Source of the DNA: an uncultured Acidobacteriota bacterium | Lineage (GTDB): Bacteria > Acidobacteriota > Terriglobia > UBA7540 | DNA length: 64,000 nt | Assembly: GCA_963718175.1 (NCBI GenBank) | Contig: CAVQYM010000014.1 | Coordinates: forward strand, 104,283 to 168,282 | Reading direction: 5' to 3' | Shown: in pieces, positions 26,883 to 36,183 of the stretch | Layout: each line of letters begins with the position of its first letter | Numbering within the stretch: the first letter of the stretch is position 1 | Program-made: the position numbers and the translations under genes | The notes under the pieces: model-generated | The model's input: the letters and a program-made list of their open reading frames with translations, nothing else | What the model was told of the DNA's origin: nothing | Databases searched by the model: none

Positions 26883-29234
26883 ATGAACACCAACCATCAT
26901 GGCCTGCCCCGGCGCGAACCCGATAACTCGCCGAAAGCTCAGCCGTTGGCGCTTGATTCACCGGGAAGTGCAGATCGTGAACTTCCGGACAGACTCGGGT
27001 CTGACGAGCGCGTCCGCCTGATGCGCGACGGCATGCTCAATAACGTTAGTCTACTCATTTCAGGCCTCATCGGTATTGTTCTCGTTCCGATCATGCTGAA
27101 GGGCTTGGGGGTTGAGTCTTACGGCCTGTGGATTGCCGCCCTCTCCCTGGCGGGAACTGTCGGACTCTTCGATTTCGGCCTGGGCATGAGCGTGACGCGT
27201 GAGGTAGCCGCGTCGCTCAACCGCGGGCAGGGGAATGAAACGGCGCCCTTTGTGAAGGCGGCTGGGACTGTTTTTTTCTTAGTCGGGGCCGTGGGCGGCA
27301 TGCTCATCGCTACCCTCGGCCTTCCCCTCAGCAGCGGTTTGCACCTCTCCGCGGCTAATCGCCAGATCGCACCGGCGGTGTTTGCGCTGGCCGGAGCCTC
27401 GTTCCTTGCAGATCGCCTCCTGGCCTTCACCACCGCGGTGCTCCGCGGGTTGCGGCGATTCGATATCACGAATTTGCTTGCGATCATAGCAGCTCTATTC
27501 CGTGCGATCGGAATCATTGCGCTCATCAAGGTCGGAACCGGGTTAGAGGGCGTGCTGATGTGGCAAGTGGTGGCTACCGCCGCGCCCGCCTTGGCCGGCC
27601 AGTGGGTGCTCGGTAATCTCGAAGGGAAATTCCGTTTCCGTCTGGGACGAATCGACTGGAACGTGGTGGGCGCTCACCTGCCATTTGGTTTAGCGAGTCA
27701 GCTCACCACCATTGTCGAGGTAATGATCTGGGATATGGTGCCGTTGGTGGTTGGTTTAGTCCTTGGTTCCCGCTGGATTGCGCCGTATTACATTGCCCAA
27801 CGATTCCCGACCTCAGTGGGTCCGGTTATATGGTCCATTGCCGAGGCGCTGTTTCCCGCGGTGAGCCAGCACCAAAGGGATCAGGAAATGGCCCGCACAC
27901 GGGAAATCCTCGAAGTCGGGACGCGATGGATTGTCGTCGTTGCCCTCCCTCTCTGCCTGGGATTGTGGATCGTTGCCCCAAAACTATTGCAGGCGTGGGT
28001 CGGAAACGTGCCGCCGGGTTCGACTCTGATCCTGCGTCTGATTACTGCGGCAGTGTTTGTGGAGGGGGTTGCGGCAGCCTCCATCCAGGTGCTCTGGGGG
28101 CGGGGAGCTTTGCGAACCATGGTGATCATCCCCTGTTGCCTGATGGTGACGAGCCTGGCGCTCACGCTGGTGCTCTTGCCCCGCATCGGCATTGTCGGGG
28201 CTGCTTGGGGGCTGGTTGTGCCGATGTTCCTCGCGGCTTTCGTGTATCTTCATATCGGCGCACGCACCTGCGGGATTCGCGTGGCGGACCTGATCTCCAC
28301 ATCTTTTCGCGGTTTACTTCTGCCGGTTCTGGCATTTCTGGCGCTGGGTTTCAGTATCAACTCTTTGACAGGCCCAGGATGGACGAGTGTAGTGGCAGCA
28401 CTCCTGGGAGGGGGGATAGGATACCTGATCAGCTTCATTCTTTCTGGAGCGCGCGAGGAAGAGTTAACGCTGGTCCGCAAGTTGACCGAGGTACCTCGCG
28501 CTGAGGCGTACCACTCGTACAGGCGGTTACGCCGTTTACTGGCTCGCATTGGGTTCCTCCGCAGTGGGTACTACCTGCTCCTGGCGGTTCGAGACGCCGT
28601 GAAGGATAGCCCAGCCCACGGCCAGGCTGAACTGAACCATGAGTTCGAGCCCCGCGAGGATCCGTGGGATTATGCTTCGGTCTCATACCAGGGAGATCGA
28701 ATCCGCAGCGAGGTGGCCGCGCTCGATTCTGTTCGCGGGGCAGCACGCTTCGGGAGGGCGTTGGAGGTGGGTTGTGCAGAAGGGATGTTCACTGAAATGC
28801 TTGCTCCGCGGTGCGAGTCCTTGCTCGCCGTGGACATATCATCCGTCGCCTTGACTCGAGCCCGCAGGCGACTCCAAGGGGATGAGCGCGTTCACTTTGC
28901 GGAGTGGGATCTTCGCGTCGATCCCGTAACTGACACCTATGATCTCATCGTCATGATCCATGCGTTGGAGTACATCCGTAATCCTCTTTATGTTCGCAGA
29001 GCGCGTTCCAAGTTAGTGAATAGTCTCCTCCCAGGGGGCTATTTTCTGGTGGGGACCATGAAGGTGGCGGAAATATATGAGGACGCCTGGTGGGGCCGGT
29101 ATTTCCTCCGCAGCGGCAAGAGAATCAACAATTTTTTCAGCGGCCACCCGGCACTGAAGGTGGTATGGACCGCGGAATTCTATTTGGGGAAAGACTTCGT
29201 TTCCTACGACGTTCTTCTTCAGAAGAAGGGTTGA
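26883..29234 (+). CDS. Wzx/MOP-type polysaccharide flippase fused to a C-terminal NodS-like SAM methyltransferase
   Basis: The N-terminal ~520 aa is multi-helix flippase-like (NNVSLLISGLIGIVLVPIMLKGLGVESYGLWIAALSL...). The C-terminal ~200 aa carries EDPWDY (28659-28667), LEVGCAEGMFTEMLAPRC (from 28761), YDLIVMIHALEYI and LPGGYFLVGT, which match the NodS pattern by eye. Confidence 0.8.
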   Translation: MNTNHHGLPRREPDNSPKAQPLALDSPGSADRELPDRLGSDERVRLMRDGMLNNVSLLISGLIGIVLVPIMLKGLGVESYGLWIAALSLAGTVGLFDFGLGMSVTREVAASLNRGQGNETAPFVKAAGTVFFLVGAVGGMLIATLGLPLSSGLHLSAANRQIAPAVFALAGASFLADRLLAFTTAVLRGLRRFDITNLLAIIAALFRAIGIIALIKVGTGLEGVLMWQVVATAAPALAGQWVLGNLEGKFRFRLGRIDWNVVGAHLPFGLASQLTTIVEVMIWDMVPLVVGLVLGSRWIAPYYIAQRFPTSVGPVIWSIAEALFPAVSQHQRDQEMARTREILEVGTRWIVVVALPLCLGLWIVAPKLLQAWVGNVPPGSTLILRLITAAVFVEGVAAASIQVLWGRGALRTMVIIPCCLMVTSLALTLVLLPRIGIVGAAWGLVVPMFLAAFVYLHIGARTCGIRVADLISTSFRGLLLPVLAFLALGFSINSLTGPGWTSVVAALLGGGIGYLISFILSGAREEELTLVRKLTEVPRAEAYHSYRRLRRLLARIGFLRSGYYLLLAVRDAVKDSPAHGQAELNHEFEPREDPWDYASVSYQGDRIRSEVAALDSVRGAARFGRALEVGCAEGMFTEMLAPRCESLLAVDISSVALTRARRRLQGDERVHFAEWDLRVDPVTDTYDLIVMIHALEYIRNPLYVRRARSKLVNSLLPGGYFLVGTMKVAEIYEDAWWGRYFLRSGKRINNFFSGHPALKVVWTAEFYLGKDFVSYDVLLQKKG

Positions 29235-29247
29235 TGGAATCCTGATT

Positions 29248-31032
29248 TTGACCAACTCCTTGAAATTGTCCATTGTCATGCCGACTCGCAACCGCAGGGA
29301 TGTTCTCGTGCGAAGAACCCTGCCTGCCATCTTCGAGCAGGACTTTCCGCCGGATGAGTATGAAGTGGTCGTGATCGTGGATGGCTCGACGGACGGCACC
29401 CTTGAGGCGCTGCGGGGCTTGAAGTCCAAATGCGCGCTCCAAATCCTCGAGCAGCCCGGCCGTGGACCGAGCGTGGCTCGCAACGTCGGCGTGGCTGCGG
29501 CAAGGGGCGAAGTGGTGGTGTTCCTTGATGACGATATTATTTGTGCTCCCGACCTCCTCAGACAGCATGTTGAGGCGCACGTCGACCCCCAACCCACCGT
29601 GGCCTATGGGAGGATTTCTCTGGCTCCCGGAACACCCGACTCGCTCCTCAAATGTGCCTACGAGACCTGGGGAGAGAATTACTATCGCACCCTTGATTCG
29701 CAAGGCGGACTGATGTGGCCGAAGGATGATTACATGATCAGCAATACCTCCGTGCCGCGCGCCACGATGCTTGCCTGTGGGGGATTTGACGAGACCATGC
29801 CGGCGAAGGAGGATTACGAACTAGGGTATCGCTTGTGGATGATGGGAATACGATTTCGGTACCTGCCCAAGATCGCGGCCTACGAGTTCCTCGTAAAAAC
29901 CTCGCGACAATTTGTGTTTAACGACGGCAAAATTTACGGCCGGACGGAAGTGTTGCTATGCCGGAAGCATCCCGACTATCGCCCGTATTCGGAGCTTGCG
30001 CACTTGGGGAAGATCTCGGGTTGGACGCGCCTCCGGCGGCGGATGATCGCGCAATTTCCCGTTTCGCTCGCCCCCCTTGTGGCCGTGCCCCTCTTGGTGT
30101 GTGAGCGGCTGTCCCGGTTCCGCGGAATGAAAAAGGCCGGCTTGCGTTTGTTAGGTACCGGGCGCGGAATTGTAGAGCTCCGCACCGAGGTTCACGAAGT
30201 GGGCTCATGGAAAGCGCTACAAACTGAATTCGGCATGCGTCTGCCGGTACTCCTCTATCACCACGTCGGTCCCTTACGTCCCCGAACCGTCCCCGGGCTG
30301 ACCGTTTCTCCCGAGCGATTCGAGCGCCATGTGTGCTGGCTGGCTCGCCGCGGCTATACCGGGATCTGCCCTGCGCATTGGGTCCGCTGGCGTCGTGAGG
30401 GAAAGGGTCTTCCGGACAAGCCTGTGCTGTTGACCTTTGATGACGGCTATGCGGATTTAGCCGAATACGCCTTGCCCGTGCTGCGCCGCTACGGCTTTGG
30501 CGCGGCTGTGTACATTGTCACCGGACAACTGGGCGGGACGAACGCGTGGGATGAGGCGCGGGGTTCCGGTACTCTCCACCTCATGAGCGCCGAACAGATT
30601 CGGTATTGGGCCAGGCAGGGAATCGAATTCGGCTCCCACAGCCGGACGCATGCGGACTTGACGACTCTCTCAGGAAATGACCTGTCAGAAGAAGTCGTCG
30701 GCAGTGGGGAGGATCTCGAGGCTATCTTAGGGTCGCGGGTGGTTTCCTTCGCCTATCCCTATGGGTTCCACAATCAGGCGGTGGACGATTGCGTTCGGAG
30801 CGCTTACGATCTGGCCTTCATCGCCGACGACGATAATGAGGGCATGAATCATTTGCAGACCGACCCCCACCTTTTGTTGCGCACCATGGTCCAAACCGAC
30901 GACTCTCTTGTTGCCCTGGAGTGTCGCGCGCGATGGGGCCGCAACCCCTTTCTTAACCTGCGGGCCCGAGTTGGCTTGCGTTCCCGCCTCAAACGCGCGG
31001 CGAGCACGGTCTTGGGTCGCGACAAATGGTGA
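29248..31032 (+). CDS. Bifunctional GT2 glycosyltransferase / NodB-homology (CE4) polysaccharide deacetylase fusion
   Basis: TTG start. GT2 motifs LSIVMPTRNRRD, VDGSTDGT, VVFLDDD. CE4 motifs TFDDGY (30433-30447), HSRTH (30637-30651), FAYPYG. Confidence 0.85.
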   Translation: MTNSLKLSIVMPTRNRRDVLVRRTLPAIFEQDFPPDEYEVVVIVDGSTDGTLEALRGLKSKCALQILEQPGRGPSVARNVGVAAARGEVVVFLDDDIICAPDLLRQHVEAHVDPQPTVAYGRISLAPGTPDSLLKCAYETWGENYYRTLDSQGGLMWPKDDYMISNTSVPRATMLACGGFDETMPAKEDYELGYRLWMMGIRFRYLPKIAAYEFLVKTSRQFVFNDGKIYGRTEVLLCRKHPDYRPYSELAHLGKISGWTRLRRRMIAQFPVSLAPLVAVPLLVCERLSRFRGMKKAGLRLLGTGRGIVELRTEVHEVGSWKALQTEFGMRLPVLLYHHVGPLRPRTVPGLTVSPERFERHVCWLARRGYTGICPAHWVRWRREGKGLPDKPVLLTFDDGYADLAEYALPVLRRYGFGAAVYIVTGQLGGTNAWDEARGSGTLHLMSAEQIRYWARQGIEFGSHSRTHADLTTLSGNDLSEEVVGSGEDLEAILGSRVVSFAYPYGFHNQAVDDCVRSAYDLAFIADDDNEGMNHLQTDPHLLLRTMVQTDDSLVALECRARWGRNPFLNLRARVGLRSRLKRAASTVLGRDKW

Positions 31033-31036
31033 TCCC

Positions 31037-32833
31037 ATGGAGAGCATGACCGCGCCCTTAAAGCTCTCGGTCGTGATGTCAACTTACAACCGCCGGGACG
31101 TTTTGGTCTCACAAACTCTGCCCGCTATCTTCAACCAGGACTTACCGGCAGATGCATATGAAGTGATTGTAATTGTCGATGGGTCGACCGACGGTACGGC
31201 TGCGGCGCTCCGCGAGCTTTGCCCGCCCTGTGCATTACGCATCATCGAGCAGCCGAATCGCGGCCTCAGTGCCGCACGGAATACCGCCATCGGCTTGGCG
31301 CGGAGCGGCCTGGTGATCTTCATTGACGACGATATCATCTGTAACCCTGACGTCTTCAGACGGCACGTGGAGGCACACGCGGACCAGGATCCTGTCGTAA
31401 TGCACGGCTCCCTCTTTCTCGCCCCCGGGGCTCCTGCCTCGATTCTCGCGTATGCCAACGAATCCTGGTACCGGAAATATAATTCCCGCCTCGATGTGCA
31501 AGGTGGGCTGAAATGGCCGGACGCGACATTCCTGATTGGCAATAGTTCGATGCCCCGTTCTACCCTTCTCGCTTGCGGTGGTCTCGACGAGGACCTGCTG
31601 GCGAAGGATGATTTCGAATTGGGCCTGCGCTTGTGGAAGATGGGGGTCCGATTTCAGTACCTCCCGGGCGCCGTGGCCTATGAGCTTTCGGTAAAAACCC
31701 CCCGCGCCTTCCTGTTTAACGACGGGGAAGCATTCGGACGGAGTGAGGTGATGCTTTGCCGTAAGCACCCCGACTACCGGCCGCGTTCGGATTTGCTGGC
31801 GGGGTTGGGGAGGACGGCGGGGTGGAAGCATCTCCCACGCCGGGTGGTCCTTCAGTCCCCGGTTTCCCCTGCCCATCTTCTTACGCCGCCGATTTGGGTG
31901 TGCGAGAAGCTGTGCCGGCTCCCGCTCATGCAGAAGGCGGGCCTGCGTTTCCTGGAAATCGGGCGTCGCATGACGGAGTTCCGCGCCGCCCTCAAGGAAG
32001 CCGGCTCGTGGGAAAAATTCGATCGCGAATTCGCGATGCGCTTGCCCGTCCTGCTCTATCACCATGTGGGTCCTTTACGCCCCGGAACCATCCCTGGTTT
32101 GACCGTTTCTCCTGAGCGGTTCGAGCGCCATGTACGCTGGCTCGCTCGTCGGGGGTACACCGGCATCTGTCCCTCCGATTGGGTCCGCTGGCGCCGCGAG
32201 GGGAAGGGCCTTCCCATTAAGCCTGTGCTGTTGACCTTCGATGACGGCTACGCGGATTTGGTCGAATATGCCTTGCCCGTGCTCCGCCGCTACGGCTTTG
32301 GCGCGGCAGTGTACATGGTCACCGGACAACTGGGCGGGACGAACGCATGGGACGAGGCGCGTGGTTCCGGAACCCTCCACCTTATGACGGCGGACCAGAT
32401 TCGATTTTGGGCCACGCAGGGAATCGAATTCGGCGCCCACAGCCGGACACACGCGGATTTGACGACTCTTTCGGCAAGCGAGTTGTCAGAAGAAGTCGTT
32501 GGCAGCGGGAAGGATCTCGAGTCTATCTTAGCGGCGAGGGTGGTTTCTTTCGCCTATCCTTATGGATTCCACAACCCGGCGGTGGACGATTGCGTTCGAA
32601 GAGTTTTTGATTTGGCCTTTCTCGCGGGCGACGAGGCCGAAGGGCTGAATCATCTTTTGACCGACCCCGCCCTGATGCGTCGGACCCTGGTCCACCCCAA
32701 CGATTCATTGCTGGATTTGGAGCTACGCGCGCGCTGGGGTCGCAACCCCATCCTGGACTTGCGTGCCCGACTTTGCCTGCGTTCGCGCTTCAAACGCGCG
32801 GTTCGCTTCATCTTTGGCCGCGGCAAAGCGTGA
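31037..32833 (+). CDS. Bifunctional GT2 / NodB-homology deacetylase fusion, tandem paralog
   Basis: ATG at 31037, 4 nt after the stop of the upstream paralog. Same architecture: LSVVMSTYNRRD, VIFIDDD, TFDDGY at 32234-32248, HSRTH. Confidence 0.85.
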   Translation: MESMTAPLKLSVVMSTYNRRDVLVSQTLPAIFNQDLPADAYEVIVIVDGSTDGTAAALRELCPPCALRIIEQPNRGLSAARNTAIGLARSGLVIFIDDDIICNPDVFRRHVEAHADQDPVVMHGSLFLAPGAPASILAYANESWYRKYNSRLDVQGGLKWPDATFLIGNSSMPRSTLLACGGLDEDLLAKDDFELGLRLWKMGVRFQYLPGAVAYELSVKTPRAFLFNDGEAFGRSEVMLCRKHPDYRPRSDLLAGLGRTAGWKHLPRRVVLQSPVSPAHLLTPPIWVCEKLCRLPLMQKAGLRFLEIGRRMTEFRAALKEAGSWEKFDREFAMRLPVLLYHHVGPLRPGTIPGLTVSPERFERHVRWLARRGYTGICPSDWVRWRREGKGLPIKPVLLTFDDGYADLVEYALPVLRRYGFGAAVYMVTGQLGGTNAWDEARGSGTLHLMTADQIRFWATQGIEFGAHSRTHADLTTLSASELSEEVVGSGKDLESILAARVVSFAYPYGFHNPAVDDCVRRVFDLAFLAGDEAEGLNHLLTDPALMRRTLVHPNDSLLDLELRARWGRNPILDLRARLCLRSRFKRAVRFIFGRGKA

Positions 32834-32947
32834 TCGATTCAAAACATGGTACGCTTGAACGCCAGGAGTCCCCCGATCCGGGAAGGAAAGCATAATGATC
32901 CACGCAAGGATGACCCCCAAGCCTCGCCGACTTTGGAGCCCCAAGTG

Positions 32948-34522
32948 ATGACGCGCCCAGAACCATCCAGCCTCCCCACCTCTTCCCGAGTTTTCGACAC
33001 CCCGACCCTTCTTTTCCTAATCGCTGCCTTCGTTTTTCTCTACACGTTTCTCTTCGTCCCGCCCTTCATTCCCATTTCATACAATGGGGACGGTATGTTT
33101 TTCTTACCTGCGGGCCAGCGGATGTACGAAGGGGAAATGATCTATCGCGACTTCTTTGAATTTGTCACTCCCGGCACGGCTCTTGTCTATCTCCTTCTGT
33201 TCAAGCTTTTCGGACTTAGGCCCTGGATTCCCAACCTGTTGTCCCTCCTCTTGGGGCTGGCTTTGGCCGGGCTCGGTGTAGTGATTGCGAAAAAAATGAT
33301 GCGCGCCAGCCTTACGTTCTTGCCGAGCGCGATCTTCCTGGTTGCGGCGCGCGAATTTCTATGCGAGCCCACGCATCACTGGTTCAGTCTTTTGGCCACA
33401 ACCGCTGCCATCGCCCCGTTGCTTGACCGGCGAACTCCGGCGCGGATCGCCGCCGCAGGTTTCTTCTGCGGCCTTACGTCGTGCTTTACCCAAACCCGCG
33501 GGGTGGCTGTCGTCGTGGGTTTTGGGGTCTTTTTATGGTGGGAATCCCGACGCCGGCAAGAGGCTGGGCGCGAATTGCTCAAGAAAGAAGGTTGGCTGGT
33601 TACGAGTTTCCTTGCCACCTTAATAGCGGTGAATGCTTATTTTATTTGGAAGGCGGGGCCGGCTCGCTTTCTGTGGTGTACGGTCGTCTATGTTCTCAAG
33701 TATTACCCCAAAATGGCGGATGTAGCCACCTTCCGGGTCTTTTGGTATAACTTCCCCGGGTTCGTTCCGCTGGGTAGATTCCTTCACTGGTTCCTTGCGG
33801 ATTGGGTTTTTCTGCACGCGATTATTCCACTTGTATTCATTCTGTTCTTTGCTCGTTACCGGCGGGACTCAGGCAAGGAATCGGTGGAGTTTTGGCAGCG
33901 CCCGATGTTGGTGGCGATGGTGGGCGCATTTTTGCTGCTCAGCATCGCACCTTCCCCCGCCTCGATCCGGATCGCTGCAAGCGCCCTGCCAGGAACCATA
34001 CTCCTTGCTTGGCTCATCGATTCCCCACGCAAGCTCGCTCGGACCCTTGCCGCGGCAATTGCCATTGTAGTCCTGCTCTTAGCCCTCCACGCGGTGGTGA
34101 GGAAACGACCCATCCCCAACTGGAACCTCACGACGCCTCAAGGCAAACTGGCTATCACCGAACTAAGCGACTACGAGGAATATACTTGGGTTCAGCAGCA
34201 CACCCGGCCATCGGAGTATTTCTTTGAGGCGGTTGGTTCCGATATGTACTTTCGCCTGGACCTCCGCAACCCCACACCCGTGCCGTACATAACCAACTGT
34301 GGTTTCACGACAACGGGGCAGGTGGCGGAGGTGATTCAGGGCCTGGAAAAACACAAGGTGCGTTACCTACTCTGGGAACATACCGACCTGGATGCAGTCC
34401 CCGATTGGGAGGATCCTTCTGACGCGCATCTCGGCCCAATTTTTGACTATATTCATAGCCACTACCAGGCTGTAAAGGTGTTCACGAACGCTGATGAGAT
34501 TTGGGAAAGGAAAGGCAGTTAG
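32948..34522 (+). CDS. GT-C-like membrane glycosyltransferase candidate (paralog family B, ArnT/PMT_2-like)
   Basis: Multi-helix N-terminal domain with loop motif YNGDGMFFLPAGQRMYEGEMIYRDFFEFVTPG. C-terminal soluble domain ends in ...YIHSHYQAVKVFTNADEIWERKG. ATG at 32948 preferred over the upstream start at 32846. Confidence 0.7.
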   Translation: MTRPEPSSLPTSSRVFDTPTLLFLIAAFVFLYTFLFVPPFIPISYNGDGMFFLPAGQRMYEGEMIYRDFFEFVTPGTALVYLLLFKLFGLRPWIPNLLSLLLGLALAGLGVVIAKKMMRASLTFLPSAIFLVAAREFLCEPTHHWFSLLATTAAIAPLLDRRTPARIAAAGFFCGLTSCFTQTRGVAVVVGFGVFLWWESRRRQEAGRELLKKEGWLVTSFLATLIAVNAYFIWKAGPARFLWCTVVYVLKYYPKMADVATFRVFWYNFPGFVPLGRFLHWFLADWVFLHAIIPLVFILFFARYRRDSGKESVEFWQRPMLVAMVGAFLLLSIAPSPASIRIAASALPGTILLAWLIDSPRKLARTLAAAIAIVVLLLALHAVVRKRPIPNWNLTTPQGKLAITELSDYEEYTWVQQHTRPSEYFFEAVGSDMYFRLDLRNPTPVPYITNCGFTTTGQVAEVIQGLEKHKVRYLLWEHTDLDAVPDWEDPSDAHLGPIFDYIHSHYQAVKVFTNADEIWERKGS

Positions 34523-34540
34523 TTGCAAAAGGTACAGGCA

Positions 34541-36112
34541 ATGACGCCCCCAGAGCAAACGTGCCTCACAACCGATTCCCGAACTCTCGACACCCCGACT
34601 CTCCTTTTCTTGCCGGCCGCACTGATTTTCCTTTACGCCCTCCTATTTGTTCCGCCATTCATCCCCATCGGCTCCGCCATTGGGGACACCATGGTCTACG
34701 TCAGCGACGGGAAGCGGATGTATGAGGGTGAACAGATTTACCGGGACTTCTTCCAATTCTCAACCCCCGGTACGTCCGTCGTATATTTCTTCTCATTTGA
34801 GATCTTCGGGCTCCGATTATGGGTTCCAAATCTCTCACTCTTGCTTTTGGGATTGGCCCTGGCCGGGCTAGGTGTGGTGATCGCGAGGAAGTTGATGCGG
34901 CCCAGCCTCGCGCTTCTGCCCAGCGCGATCTTCCTTGCCGGAATCTACAAAAACCAACTCCATCCCATTCATCATTGGTACAGTCTACTGTTCGCAATGG
35001 CCGCAATAGCATCGCTCGTCGAACGGCGAACCACTGCCAGGATTGCTGCCGCCGGTGGTTTTTGCGGCCTTACCGCGTGCTTTACTCAAACCCGAGGGGT
35101 TGCCGTGGCCTTGGGAATTGGCGCCTTTTTGTGGTGGGAGTCCCAACGGAGACAAGCGGACTGGCGCGATGCCGCCAAGAAAGAGGCGTACTTGGCAACA
35201 GGCTTGCTGGCCACGCTCATCGCCGGGAATGCCTATTTTGCTTGGAAGGCAGGCCTTGCCAGGTTTCTCTGGTGTACGGTTGTTTTTGGCATCAGGTACC
35301 ATCACCAGGCTGGGGGGCCCAATACCTTCCTGGGCTCTTGGCAGGACTTCCCTGCGATCGGACCACTGAGCAGTTTCCCCATACGCTTTGCGCAATGGTC
35401 TTTCATCTTTGCGGTTGTTCCTTTCACCTATGTTCTGTTCTTTGCCCGTTACTGGCGGGAGTCAAGGAAGGCATCGTCGGAGTACTGGGAACGCCCGATG
35501 TTGCTGGCAATGGTGGGTTCCTCCCTGCTTTTGAGTGTCGCCCCTGCTCCGTCCCTTGGCCGGATGGGTCCGAGTGTCCTGCCGGGAATCATCCTCCTGG
35601 GTTGGTTCCTCGACACTCCGCGAAAGCTCGCCCGGGTCCTTGCCGCCTCACTTACCGTGGGGGTATTGCTCATCGGTACTCACTCCGTGGCGGGCGTCCA
35701 ATCCCGCGAAAAGAGCATTCTGAACATGCCCCAAGGCCCTATTGCCATTACTGGCCCCGAACTGCGCGAGGAACTTGCGTGGGTCGAGCAGCACACCCGG
35801 CAATCGGAGTATTTCTACGCGACGGCGGATCCCGGACTGTACTTTTACGGAGACCTCCGCAACCCCACCCCCTTGCCTTTCGTCACCGATACGGGCTACA
35901 CGACGCGGGAGCAAGTGGCAGACGTCATCCGCGGCCTGGAACAACATCACGTGCGTTACATCTCCTGGGATGGTGTTGAGCTCGGTACGGTCGAAGACTG
36001 GGGAAACCCTGCTGACCATCGCCTTGGCCCACTTTGGAACTATATCCATAGCCACTACCGGCTGGTCAAAGTCTTTGCGGACTCCGACATCATCTGGGAA
36101 AGAAAATACTGA
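34541..36112 (+). CDS. GT-C-like membrane glycosyltransferase candidate (paralog family B), tandem duplicate
   Basis: Roughly two-thirds identical by eye to 32948-34522 (TPTLLFL...FVPPFIPI...RMYEGE.IYRDFF.F.TPG...CFTQTRGVAV...YIHSHY..VKVF...IWERK). Confidence 0.7.
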   Translation: MTPPEQTCLTTDSRTLDTPTLLFLPAALIFLYALLFVPPFIPIGSAIGDTMVYVSDGKRMYEGEQIYRDFFQFSTPGTSVVYFFSFEIFGLRLWVPNLSLLLLGLALAGLGVVIARKLMRPSLALLPSAIFLAGIYKNQLHPIHHWYSLLFAMAAIASLVERRTTARIAAAGGFCGLTACFTQTRGVAVALGIGAFLWWESQRRQADWRDAAKKEAYLATGLLATLIAGNAYFAWKAGLARFLWCTVVFGIRYHHQAGGPNTFLGSWQDFPAIGPLSSFPIRFAQWSFIFAVVPFTYVLFFARYWRESRKASSEYWERPMLLAMVGSSLLLSVAPAPSLGRMGPSVLPGIILLGWFLDTPRKLARVLAASLTVGVLLIGTHSVAGVQSREKSILNMPQGPIAITGPELREELAWVEQHTRQSEYFYATADPGLYFYGDLRNPTPLPFVTDTGYTTREQVADVIRGLEQHHVRYISWDGVELGTVEDWGNPADHRLGPLWNYIHSHYRLVKVFADSDIIWERKY

Positions 36113-36183
36113 ATTGATTTCTCCCCTCCTCATGGAAAAATCGGGACATTGCGTGGGCACAGGGACACATTATTTCACACGGG

